The position numbers and the translations under genes were made by a program. DNA of 64,000 nt from Eledone cirrhosa (Eukaryota). The stretch lies in contig OZ024744.1 of assembly GCA_964016885.1 (NCBI GenBank), positions 52,266,001 through 52,330,000 on the forward strand, in the 5' to 3' direction. The notes below the pieces were generated by a model. It was not told the origin of the DNA. It saw only the letters and a program-made list of their open reading frames with translations, and did no database searches. This document shows positions 1 through 11,814 of the stretch, one piece after another. Position 1 is the stretch's first letter. Every line of letters starts with the position of its first letter.

Positions 1-3000
1 ACTTGTTATCACATCTAGGTGTTTTGCCTGCATCCCTATCTCTTTTGTGAATCAGGTATTTCGTGTTAATCCCCTGTTCTTGGATTGCAAAAGTATATCC
101 TTCAAAGTGGGAGCCAATATAGTGGTTGTTGGTTCAAGATAGACTACTTTCCTTATCTATATTACTCTCTCTCTGGAGCTTCCTGGCAACATATCCATGC
201 ATGATTTTTTGCTGATAAGCATGCAGTATTTCAACCATGGATTCACTGCGATACTGCTGCACGACTTCCCTGGGTGTGAGTTTTTGATTATCACAGGGAA
301 TAACTCTCGAGGAGTTCCTTCCCAACTCTCATGATCTTATCTGTTTCATGCAGATGGACTTGCTTAAGAAACGGGCTCCTACGCTTCGAGGTTCCTAGAT
401 ATTGTCGGAGAGATATGATGCGACATTCAAATGTTGTCTGGACTGATGTTAAGCCTCTGCCTCCTTGCTTACGTTTCAAGTAAAGGCAGTCTATGTCACT
501 GTTGATGTGGAAGTTTCCGGTGTTGTTTAGTATTTTTTGAGTTCCAACATCAACTGCTCGGATTTCGTCTATCGTCCAATTGAGTATTCCAAACGTTGGT
601 GTTAGGACAGTCACAGCAAACACATTGTGAGCCACTGTTTTGTTTTGCGCAGACAGTGCCGATGACCAGATCTTTCTTAATCGGGTGTAGTATTCCCTGG
701 TTACGCGTTCTTTATTACAGATACCATTATAGGATATGTTCTCATCTATCCCCAGGTATCTGTAGCAGTCCTCATCAGATATCGGTGAAACAGTTAGGCA
801 ATTGATGACAAAGTTGCTAGATTGGGCTGTTGCTTTACAGTCATATATGAGCATTTATCTTGGCCAAACTCCATTCCTATATCCTTTGAGAACGTTGTAA
901 CCAGATACAGATTTTTCTCCATCCCATCCATGTTCTTGGCATAGAGTTTCAGATTATCCACAAATAAATTATGGGTTAGGTTCGTATTTCTGTCCTCCTG
1001 TGAGCCAATGATGTATCCCTCACATTTCTTGAGAAGAAAGGACAAGGGGTTTAATGACAAGATGAATCATATCACAGAAAGACTGTCCCCCCAAATATAC
1101 CTCTGCAATATTTTATTATATCAGTGAAAATAGAGTCCTCCCACTCTGTCTTTAACCTTAGGATAGTAGCCCCAAAAGAAGACAGCCTCTCTATGGCTCT
1201 GACAATAATGTCTGGGACTTTAGCAAGTTGGAGGGCCTCTATCATCCAAGAGTGGGAAACAGAATCGAAAGCTTTCCTGTAGTCCAGCCAGACTGTAGCT
1301 ATATTCCTCCTAAGTTGTCGCACCTCCGACATCGCAGTTTTGTTGATTAGGAGTTGTTCAGCACATGACCAAACCTTTTTCTTTCGAGCTGCTTGTTAAT
1401 CTGTGATGATGTTATTATTTTCACGGTGATCTTGGGGGAATAGGTTCAGGCAGGCTGTATACATCTTATACACCAGGTTCTGGCATGCAATGGGTCGGTA
1501 GTTTTTTTGCCAACAGGGTGTCCTTGTTCTTGGGGACCAGTAATATGTCAACCATTCTGGTATAAGTGTATCTCCCTTAAGAACTTGTTGGTAGAGGTCA
1601 GTAAGATACCTTCGATAGAATATCAGTTTTTTTTGTACCAGTAGCCGACAATCATGTCTTTTCCTGGTGTTTTCTTATCTTGGAGTTTTCCTATCACAGT
1701 CTCAAGATTACCCTCACATATTTCGGTAATTCTTTCTGATTTCTCTTAGCTAAACTGCATCTTGGTTGAAATTCTTCTTTTCACCTCATATTCTGCTCCA
1801 AAATAAATCTATGTCTTTCTGGGATGGGGCCTCAGTGACACTTATTATCTTGTTCTTCATAACTCTGATATTTGGTTTCGTCTGAATCTTTTATTAAGCA
1901 CTTTTCTCTCATTTACCTTCTTCAGGTATCGGCGTTTTTCGCTAACAGCTCTCCATTCTTTGAGGGTGATCAGCTTATATTGAAGAGTTCTGGTTCTATT
2001 GTTACCAAACATCGTCTCTATTTTATTTTTCACTCTTTGTTGGTGAGGAGTGAGGTTTTTTTGTGTTTGTTTGCATGTAAGGAGAATTGTCACATATCCT
2101 ATGCTTTTTCGTAGGTCAGCACTCTTTTTTTCTATTTTAGTTATATATGATGGTATTTTTGGTGGTGTTTTTTTCTTGTTAATATCTCTGCTATCACCAA
2201 GATAATGCTTCACTCTCGTTGCTAAGGCATATAAACAGGCGCTGATTTGCCAAAATGTTGGGGTTTTTATCCGTCGTAAATATTCATCCCCTATTTCGTC
2301 AATAACACGTAATATTTCAGTATTTGGTTTTTGATTAAACATTGTCGTTTTAACACATTGAGCAAGAGAGATTTATATATGAGTTAATTTCTCTCTTGAA
2401 GATTTCGCTCAGGGAAATTTTCAATTGTTTATACTTTTGATTATTATCATTATCGATAGTATTTTCCACAACAGTCGAGGTAGACTCGTATGGTACACGT
2501 GGTGTCAAATTTCTTCGATTATTATTATTATTTCTTCGATTATTATTATTATCGATAGTGTTTTCCCCAGCATTCGAGGTAGAGTTAGATGGTACAGGCA
2601 CAGTTGTTTCAAGGCGCTGTTCGACCTGGCTGCTAGGAAGTCTAGTAGCATGGCGACCTGTAGCACGTGTTGTTGATAACATGTTTGTTGTGGGGGACTT
2701 ACAATTAATAATATTTATCTTATTTTTACGTTCAACACACGTCGCTTGTTGGCGTAATTGATTCGCTGTGAAATAATTTAGCTCTGGGTGCATTTCGTCC
2801 CAGTGTAGCTTCATTCTGTTCATATAGCCAACGAAGGGATTGTTTTTTGCCATTTTATAACAATTAAATAAATCATTATTAAGTTCGCAACTCCATGAGA
2901 AATGCGATTTATAATTTCGGTTTATTCTGTAGCTACAACTGAATAAAGTTTGTTTACCTTTCTTGTTGGTTGTCTTTGGTACTTCCTTAATTTTGTTGTT

Positions 3001-3060
3001 GATGTTGTGTTCAGCCATGCTGTTTGTAGCAAATCCTAGTAAAATGAATTATGTATTTAG
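1..3060 (-). mobile_element. Degenerate R4/Dong-clade (RLE-type) non-LTR retrotransposon, 5' part and RT; runs off the window start
   Basis: Frameshifted minus-strand ORFs: N-terminal GYMNRMKLHWDEMHPE..LRQQA, RT motifs WLDYRKAFDSVSH, RGIF, HNLFVDNLKLY, FGQDKC, YRYLG, and LYLKRKQGGRGL. Collinear with the better preserved copy at 42948-46003. Confidence 0.85.
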
Positions 3061-3122
3061 TTGGATATCTCTACGAATTCGAATAAAAAGTGTCTTATGT
3101 GTATGTAAGGTTTGTTTTAAGA

Positions 3123-5835
3123 AATATCCCTCAGGCAGCCAAGGTCATCGCGCTTGGTGACTCTAATGCTAGAGTGGGTAGGGATTTTAACACATGGAAT
3201 GTAATCTGAAGGCCAGGGGGGAGGGGGTAACATCAATGGTATGCTCCTGCTGTAGTGGGTGAGGAACTGGATCTGTATGTTACCAAAACCATGTTCCAGC
3301 AAAAGAACAAATTTAAGACCACATGGATGCATCCTGCATCTTTTGGACTACGTCCTTGTCAGGGTGCGTGACAGACGGGATGTGCAGTGCAGTCGTGTTC
3401 TTCGTGAGGCTGAGTGCTTAACGGACCACCGCCTAGTACGTGCAAAAGTGAAACTAATCACTAAGCGTGTGTTACCCTGCCCAGAAGATTGAATGCTTAC
3501 TCGACTTAGGGATAAAAATGCGAAGAGGACATTACAAGAAGAGATGCATGTTGCAGATCTTGGTGAGGATTGGCCGAACCTTAAAAAGTCGGTTTATGAT
3601 GTAGGCAGGCGTGTTCTGGGATTGTTGCAGTGAAAACATCAAGACTGGTTTAATGAGAATGATGAACATATAGAAGACTTGTTGGCTGATAAGAGGCGTG
3701 CTCTGTGATGCTTCTTGGAATATATTGCATAAGGAACTTAAAGATGTGAAATCACGTGTGAGGCGGAGTCTTTCTCGGATGAAGGATAAGTGGTGGAGTG
3801 AGAAGGCTGATGAGATACAAGTTGCGTCAGATTCCAATAACACAAAGCTGTTGTACAATCTCTTGCGTGAAGTTTATGGACCGTCTTCTTCTCTGGTGAC
3901 ACCGCTTCGCAGCAAGGATGGCAAGAACTTCTTCGTGTCTCACAAGGAATTCTGCGAAGGTGGCGAGAGCACTTTGATAAACTTTTGAATCAGCCGTCTG
4001 TCGTCAATGAAGATTTCCTCAATCTCATTCCAGAAAATCCTGTAAAAGTAGCTCTGGCAGAACCACCGACGCTTGTGGAGGCTGCAGTAGTTATCTCGAA
4101 GATGAACAGTGGAAGGTCTCCAGGAATGGATCGCATACATGTAGAGCTCCTACAATATAGAGGTGAGAGACTTCTGCAACATCTTCACTCTTTGTTTGGC
4201 AGGGTATGGTCTAAGGAATCCGTACCTAAGGACTGGAGAGATGCAGTAATTGTGGTCTTGAACAAGGGAAAGGGTAACGAGAATGATTGTGGAAGCTACA
4301 GAGGTATATCATTCCTTTCTGTTATATCATTCCTTTCTGTCAAAATTATGTGAGGTGCTTCTGGACCGTCTGCTGGCACACATTGCAGATTGTGTTCTTC
4401 CTGAAAGTCAATCTGGTTTTCGTGCTGGACTACTGATATGGTCTCCGCAGCTAGACAGCTCCAGAAGATGTGTCTGAAATAAAGTTTGGATCTGTATCAG
4501 GTTTTTGTCGATCAGACAAATGCTTTCGACACTGGTAACAGAAATGCATTGTGGAAGTTCCTCCAGAAATTTGGTTGCCCTGATAAGTTCCTTGCTTTGG
4601 TTAGGTCTTTCCATGACGACATGCAGGCTTGGGATAATGTCAGAGGTAACATGACAGAGCCTATCTCAGTAAAAAATGGAGTAAAACAGGGGGATATTCC
4701 AGCACCGACCGTGTTTGCAATATACTTCGCAATGGTTTTCTATATTGCATTCAGGAATTGCGAGCATGGTGTTTACATCCAATTTCGAACCTCAGGCAGC
4801 ATATTTAACATCAGGCACTTTGCTCTTGTATGCAGATGATTGCGATCTCGTAGCGCATACAGAGAGTGATATGCAGCACATTTTTAATGCATTTACTGAT
4901 GCTCACAATGCCCTAGGATTGACTGTCAGTCTCAAGAAAACCGTCATCATGTACCAACCTTCCCCTGGTAAGCAGTACAGTGAACCAAATATCTATGTGT
5001 ATGGTAAACGACTTGGATTGGTTGATCAGTTTGTCTACCTGAGAATCACTGTCAATCGATACAGCAATTTTGATAATGAAATCCCACTCAGGATTAGGAA
5101 AGCAAGTGATGCTTTCGGAAAGCTAGAAAGGTGTCTCTTGGGTAGGCGAGACAAATGCAAGAAGACAAAGGTAAAGGTGTACAAGGCATGTGTGCTCTCT
5201 TCTCTATGCCTGCGAGACCTGGGTCACATATCGACACCACCTTAAACAATTGGAGCGTTTCTATCAGATGTGTCTCAGACGGATCCATGGCGTTCACTGG
5301 AGTGACTACATCAGTGATGTCGAGATTTTGGAAAGCTCTCTGTGTGATAGTATAGAAACCCTTGTGCTGAAGCAACGACTCCGTTGGAGTGGCCACTTTG
5401 TCAGGATGAAGGATTCTAGAATATAAGGGAAAGTTGCCTTTGAGGCATCTCGAATCACATACGACAAAGTAAAGAGGGGTGTGAGGAAGGGCATTACTGT
5501 TACACTTCCAGACGGCGAGGTCCCTCCTATGCTGCTGACATGCAGCGTCTATACGAGACTCTGCCTAAGCAAAGCTGGACTCGAAAGTCATCTTTGCAGT
5601 CATACAGTAAGACCAGTGGTTGAGTTCTAGGCTGCTGTTGGAGATGCTACTCATCATGCTTGCCAAATATGTGGTAGAGAATGTAAATCAGCAGGTGGGC
5701 TCAAACGACATGCAAAAGTACATGAACTCCAACCACAGCCGGCTATTGCCGGTGAATGTTTTGGTTGCCAACTCTGTGCAAGACATTTTAGATCATTGGC
5801 TGGGCTAAAAAGCCACATTCGATCGCAGCCCTGTT
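3123..5835 (+). mobile_element. Degenerate RTE-clade (BovB-like) LINE: APE end, RT, C-terminal C2H2 fingers
   Basis: Fragments LDYVLVR, AECLTDHRLVRA, GRSPGMDRI, VPKDWRDA, YRGIS, GVKQGD, LLYADDC, FVYL, LYACETW, QRLRWSGH; many stops and frameshifts. Confidence 0.9.
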
Positions 5836-5883
5836 AATTGTTATCGTGTGTGTAGATATGTTTGTGTGTGTATATATATATAT

Positions 5884-6922
5884 ATTATTGTTGTTGTTAT
5901 TATTATTGTCGTTATTATTATTATTGTTATTATTGTTGTTATTATTAATATTATTATTGTTCTTTGAGTCTCAGTCATTGATGTTATTTAACTGGAAAGT
6001 TTGTTAAAATGAATATAAAGCTACTACCTGCAACCTCAGATATTCAGGACGTATCGGAGGGTTCTTGCTGTTCCCAGCAAGCATGCCTTTTGAAGTGTTC
6101 CAAAAAGCGGGGCTGGACTAATATTCTTTAACCATCATTGGAAACTCATTGAGATAGTACCTAGTGCGCCTATGACAATCGGGACGACTCTGATTTCATG
6201 GCAGTTCCAAACCCTTTTTAACTCCCACTTTAAGTCCTGGTATCGGTTAATTTTCTCCCTCTCCTTCTCTTGCCCTCTCGTGTCGAATATGCAGGCTACA
6301 TCTACAATCAGGCACAATCATTTTTCCTTGTCCAAAACCACCAGGTCAGGTCTATTGTGTTCCAGTTTCTTGTCCGTCTGTATCCTAAAATCCCACAGCA
6401 CCTTCACCTGATCGTTTTCTATCACCGACTCTGGCTTATGCTCATACCACTTCTCAGAATGTAGTAAATTGTTTACTTTGCATAGGTGCCAGTGGATCAC
6501 CCTGCCTATCACATCATGACTCCAGCCCTTATAGTGAGTCTGGGCTAGGTGTTTACACTCGGATACAATGTGAACCACAGTCTCCTCTCTCTCTCTCCAC
6601 AGATCATACACAGTGGGCTAGTCTCCTCCTTGTCAATATGGTGTTTCAACCACTTCGATTTGAGGGTCTGCTCTTGCGCAGCCATTAACATTCCTTTTGT
6701 AGCTTTTTTAAGGTCTCCTCTTTCTAACTGGTTCCATGTCTGTGGATCTCTAAATTCAGTTTTCTCAAAGAAGGTACTATGAAGGGATTTTTCATGAAGG
6801 TAGCTCTTCCTCCTTGTTGTTTTTTCCTCCTTGGCTATCCCCTGGTCTATTGTCTTCTCCTTCAGTACAATTTTGAGCATTGGCACCTTACTGTCAGTCA
6901 CATATTTGTGCAGGTTGTTGTT
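5884..6922 (-). mobile_element. 3' fragment of a Dong/R4-like element (CCHC + restriction-like endonuclease) ending in a (TAA)n tract
   Basis: LMAAQEQ, CMIC..ETVVHIVSEC, VLWDFRIQTDKKLEHNRPDLVV, CLIVDVAC, EKINRYQDL, VVPIVIGALG; (TTA)n at 5884-5960 on +. Nucleotide similarity to 13690-14020. Confidence 0.88.
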
Positions 6923-6930
6923 CTTACGTA

Positions 6931-7046
6931 CTGAAGAAATATGAGTTCAGGCCATAGTTATATTTTAATATCACCTAGACCTATCGATTCATACATTGAA
7001 AGTTCTCTATCTTATGGATCGAACTGTTTTCTCTGAAACAATTGTA
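6931..7046 (+). ncRNA. Degenerate hammerhead-like motif with long stem II (stem I missing)
   Basis: CTGAAGA ... GAAAC AATT GTA, with AGTTC/GAACT pairing inside stem II; no stem I complement because the 5' side abuts the R4 fragment. Confidence 0.35.
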
Positions 7047-7091
7047 AATAAATAAATATCTTTTCAAGAAATAGGTTGTTTATTCTCCTAC

Positions 7092-7169
<78 letters not shown>

Positions 7170-7286
7170 CAAAAATGTCGATCTGTGTTGTTGCAATTAA
7201 GTATAATAAATGAAGAATTAGAAATAGAAGTTAGGAATATCCATCATAAGTTGTCTACTAGACATCGTAGGTATTTTTTCGCATTA

Positions 7287-7342
<56 letters not shown>

Positions 7343-7345
<3 letters not shown>

Positions 7346-7494
7346 CGAAGGAAATGTGGTAAGGAACCAGGTGGACCATAACGCACCAAAGTACTCAATA
7401 CTTGAGGTAGTAGAGTGGGTAATAGGAACCAGTAAGACCCCGACAGCTGAGCTCAAGCCGTTTCGAAAGCTCAGCTGTCGGGGTCTTACTGGTT

Positions 7495-7499
<5 letters not shown>
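7343..7499. mobile_element. Short fold-back insert in (TA)n, probable PLE pseudo-LTR end
   Basis: Perfect 32-bp inverted repeat 7422-7453/7468-7499 with a 14-nt loop containing GTTTCG (GAAAC on the minus strand); shares AAAGTACTCAATAC with 48730 and similarity with 22533-22570. Confidence 0.6.
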
Positions 7500-7576
<77 letters not shown>

Positions 7577-7626
7577 TATATAATACAAGGACGATTTGTT
7601 AGCCTTCATTACATTTATTGGTTGGT

Positions 7627-7705
7627 GACGCGCGTTTCGCTATTGATCAGCTCAAGGTTCGATCTGTATCGATCTGGCCCAACTCTGGAATCAAAAGCTC
7701 GTCGG
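7627..7705 (-). ncRNA. Hammerhead-like motif (CCGACGA core), stem I disrupted
   Basis: Minus strand CCGACGA-GCTTTTGAT...ATCAATAGC-GAAAC GCGC GTC; palindromic stem III; 5' arm of stem I absent. Confidence 0.5.
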
Positions 7706-7708
7706 GTA

Positions 7709-7845
7709 TATCTCTATATAAACTTCTTTGTCCGTATGTCTGTCTGTCTGTTCCTATGCTTTCTCAAACGCCTGGGGGAAACGCCTTCTCCATTCTGTCC
7801 GCCGGGTCTGTGTGTGGGCCCCATCGCGTACCATTAACATTAGTT
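7709..7845 (+). mobile_element. Possible short non-autonomous Helitron-like repeat
   Basis: Starts TCTCTATATAAA followed by (TGTC)n and ends ...CATTAGT (CTAG-like); resemblance only. Confidence 0.3.
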
Positions 7846-8671
7846 AAATACCATTCTTTCATCGCATATATCTCTAAATTATATTTTGTACAATAATGTG
7901 TATTTGTCTGTGCGTGTGTGTGTGTTTGCGCGTTCGTTACTACGTAAGTTGCACGCACATTAACTTCACACACAGACAATTAAACTCGCACACACATCTA
8001 CACATAAAGATACATATGTGATGACAGACAGGTGTGCGTAAATGTATGTTTGTGGGTGTCTGTCTTAGCATTTGTATGTGAGTGTATATAAGAGTGTGTG
8101 TCAGTGTATTTGAGAGTATATGTGTGTGAGTGTATACGTGTGTAAGTGTATATGAGGGTGTATGTGTGTGTGAGTGTTTGTGTGAGTGCATGTGTGATCA
8201 TTTTTCTATTTTTAGTTGCATTAAAACAATAGAAAACGACATGCCGATATCACAATTTGTATATGAATATGTATGTGTCTGTGAGTATGTGTGTCCGCGT
8301 TCATTAGGTACGTGATTAAATACACACACATCTACACATATGTAGCGACTGACCAAAAATAAGGTGAAAAGCTATGCGTGTGTCTGCGTGAATGTATGTC
8401 TGAGTGTGTCTGTCTTAGCATATGTATGTCAGAGTGTATGTGTGTGAGTGTGTAGCAGCAATTTATTCATTTGAACATCAACAAAAAATTACACTATGAA
8501 TATTGTTTACCTTAAGGAGCTTCAAGATTGACCGATTGTCATTTCTAAATTATATTATCATTACAATTTTGATATTTTAAAAATAAAGTATAGATATTTT
8601 GAAATAATTATGACAAGAAAACAACATATCTTCATATTTATTGTTTACTCGTCTGTATAAGAATTCAGCTA

Positions 8672-8738
<67 letters not shown>

Positions 8739-9189
8739 TATAATAAAATGGCAAGAAACCACATATGACACCACGGTACCAATACGATGCCATGAGGAGT
8801 TACGGGTTTTAGAAAATATATACACACAGGCACACACACAGAGGCACACACACAGAGGCACACGCACACACGCACACACAGGCACACAGGCACACACACA
8901 CACAATGCTGATGATTTCTCCCGAATAAAACAGTTCTAGTACTGTAGAAGCCTTTCTATATTAAATATATATATACATGTAAAAATTAAAGGGAAATAAT
9001 ACTGCAAACGACACAGTACAACGATGGAAATAATAGGACAAGTGACTTAACGTTCCGGACAATGCATGTGTGGAGGAGATGGATGTGTGGACGTGCATGC
9101 GTCTAAAGGGGTTATATAAACTATTCTATTCTACTTTAGTATGCTTCATATCCGTTGTAGTTATTTATATATATATATATATATATCTT

Positions 9190-9903
9190 CTTTAAGACTC
9201 CTTCGTTCATTGAAGAGGTTAAAGATGCTATCCGAGCAAAGAAGGAGGCTTACATAGCTTGGCTTGGAAATAAGTCGCCATTCTAACCCTTGCGGTACAA
9301 GCAGCCACGCAAACTCACAACAGAGACAGTAAAAGCGTCCAAAGTTAAACCATTGAAGGTCTTTGGGGTCGGAATTTGACTTCAGATAAGTAAAAAGAGT
9401 GTGCTGACTGACAATCCGCCGCCTTCGTAATAAGAATACCTCCTCCACACTTGCTATTAAGAACACCCCAGCGATTTTCTTCTCTTCAGAGAGGTACATC
9501 CTCGTGAGGTGGAGAGAATACTTTGCTGAACTCCTAAATCCGATCACAACAGCATTTTCAGATATACACAAGCTGCGTCTGGGCTCGGTGACTAATCTCT
9601 CAGAGGCTGAGGTCACAAGAGCAGTCAAAGAGCTAAAATGTGGCAAAGCCACTGGGGAAGATGAAATCCGGCTTGAGATGTTAAAAGCCTTAAATACAGA
9701 AGGTATTATCTGGTTGACTCGTGTGTGCCAGGTGGCCTGGTTCTAGGAAAGACACCTAAAGAATGGTCATCGGGAGTGATAATCCCAATTTTGAAAAAGG
9801 GAAGCAAGACAGATTGTTCGGGTTACAGAGGGATCTCCTTTTTAAGCCTCCTCGGTAAAGTCTGGCACAGAGATGCAGGGAGATTGTCGAGTCAAAGCTG
9901 GCC
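9190..9903 (+). mobile_element. RTE-clade LINE internal fragment
   Basis: RWREYFAELLN, LKCGKATGEDEIRLEMLK, TPKEWSSGVIIPILKKG..CSGYRGISFLSLLGKV. Confidence 0.8.
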
Positions 9904-9920
9904 GATATATATATATATAT

Positions 9921-10132
9921 GAACATGAATGGATCTGTTATTTTTATCTAAATACATTTTTTCCAATTCCAACCCGCCCGTCACCTCAATCTATTTTATT
10001 TCTCATTCTTTCTTCTGATGAAGGACTAGCGTCCGAAACGTTAAGACCCTCTTCCTGCCATATCAAGCGTTAACCTAATATATACTTTCCATATACTGTA
10101 CCGATTGTGTTGTTTTTTCTGTTTACCTTTTA
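9921..10132 (+). mobile_element. Solo pseudo-LTR fragment of a Penelope-like element
   Basis: Reverse-complement similarity to 61752-61965, which lies downstream of a GIY-YIG remnant; contains a minimal HHR; flanked by (TA)n. Confidence 0.75.
10011..10046 (+). ncRNA. Minimal type I hammerhead ribozyme
   Basis: TCTT-CTGATGA-A-GGAC TAGC GTCC-GAAA-CG-TT-AAGA: stem I, canonical core, 4-bp stem II and a vestigial palindromic stem III (ACGT). Confidence 0.85.
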
Positions 10133-10156
10133 CATACATATATATATATATATATA

Positions 10157-10776
10157 TACAAAGATCGGAATTAAGAGTATTCCGCAGTTCACTGTAATAC
10201 TAATAATAGTATTAGCTCAAAGAAGAAATAGAGAATTTCCTTCTGAGCTCAAATGCAAGTATATATTACACAAAGATAAGTGTGTTACACAGTGAGATGT
10301 GTGTAAAGAATTATTACGAGTGTTTTTACCGTTACTGTATAGAGAACAATATCTACAGGTTAGCAATTAAATAGAAAAAAACCAATTCAGAATCAATTCT
10401 CTGGATTAGAGTTTTAAATCACAAACCTTATAACTATATTTTGCTGATACGAATCTCGCTTCGTTTCACCACCTATATGTGAAGTATCAGGTCACAGGAT
10501 CCTCAGTCAGCAAATGCGAGCACTGAACACTACACATCTAACCGATTGCTAATAGACATGCTGGCCAGAGTAGGGCGAAATCACGTGTTATTTGCATCAA
10601 ATAACGGCTCTCATGGATTGGGGAAGACCCTAGAAAGTGCAGCCCAACCATTCGAATTTAGCTCAACAATTTGGAGCTCATTAAGTATACAAAGATCGGA
10701 ATTAAGAGTATTCCGCAGTTCACTGTAATAATAATAATAGTAAATTCTTTACACACATCTCACTGTGTAACACACT

Positions 10777-10777
<1 letters not shown>
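10157..10777 (-). mobile_element. Non-coding HHR-containing element with terminal direct repeat and inverted end (retrozyme-like or solo pLTR)
   Basis: 55-bp direct repeat 10157-10211/10688-10742, 35-bp inverted copy 10278-10312/10743-10777, internal HHR, microsatellite flanks. Confidence 0.65.
10440..10514 (-). ncRNA. Type I hammerhead ribozyme with full stem III
   Basis: Minus strand TTTGCTGA-CTGAGGA-[stem II, imperfect]-GAAA-CGAA GCGAGA TTCG-TA-TCAGCAAA: 8-bp stem I, GUA cleavage triplet. Confidence 0.8.
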
Positions 10778-10810
<33 letters not shown>

Positions 10811-11315
10811 GAGAGAGATGTCTATATATGTATGCACGTATGTGTGTGTGCGTGTATAAATACGGCTAGCTTGAGAAGAATTGCAAAAAATACAATGAAC
10901 TACTTTAGTCAATCACTATAAATAATTATGGAGAGAGTCGGCTAAATACCCTTGGACAGAGAAAAATATAGTCTAACTGCTTTCAAGGAATGGAAACCGT
11001 TATCTCTGGGTGACTACTTTGATAATTACGTTTATGAGCCATTGTCTACATTCCAGTCATTTACAAGATTTTTAGCCTGTAACCAGACAAATTCTAGAAT
11101 GCGTGTAGGCAAAGCAGTTGGCAGTTTAGCGTTAGGTTTACCGGATTCGATAGAGAGGTTACCTGCTTCGATTCCACCAATTTTTCCGTCTCCAACAGTA
11201 ATTTACTTGATTTTCTTAACTATCATCATCAGCATTATCACCACCCGTTAAGAGTTAGGTGGGTGACTAGAAAAGAATCTTATATAGTTAGTTAGCTATG
11301 CATGTATGTATGTAT

Positions 11316-11785
11316 GTCAGAACGCTCTCGAGTGCTACTGCTAACATGTAACCCAGCACAACCTGTCACGTGGTCGAGTCGTCGGCGTCTAAACCGGCAA
11401 ATCCACCAAGTGAGGAGGGTGATATTTGGACATCCTGCGGGATGAAATACAAGACATGGCAAAGGGTGGAGGAACTCAGTAGAGTCAAATGTCATCCAAA
11501 TAGTACTTTTTTTTCACCTGGGAGTGAAAAGCCTCCGGTTGTTGTCACAGCACCTTTCTAAGAGAGGAAAACTCTGAAAAAAACTTGCGGCTTCGGTTGC
11601 TTAAACCATTTTGTTTGTTTACCCTAGCGTCCCCTTTATTTACGTGTCCCAACGACTTTTTTTAGCCGTTGCTCGCACCAACCTGAGGTATATGGCCTTT
11701 AATGCGACGAAATGCCTACGACGGTTGGATGGCCACTGATGAGGACAAACTTTTTCATATGTAACCCATTTGCAGCGCCGCAGCT
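11316..11785 (+). mobile_element. Non-autonomous element sharing the RTE 5' leader
   Basis: Begins after (TATG)n with CGCTCTCGAGTGCTACTG..AACATGTAACCCAG, collinear with 37214-37490; no ORF. Confidence 0.7.
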
Positions 11786-11814
11786 CAATTATTATCATAT
11801 TTACACATATATGA

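Noticed and set aside
10952-11251. 99-aa ORF as a possible host exon
   Set aside because: Non-ATG start directly after a stop, no recognisable domain and no clear splice acceptor; left unexplained.
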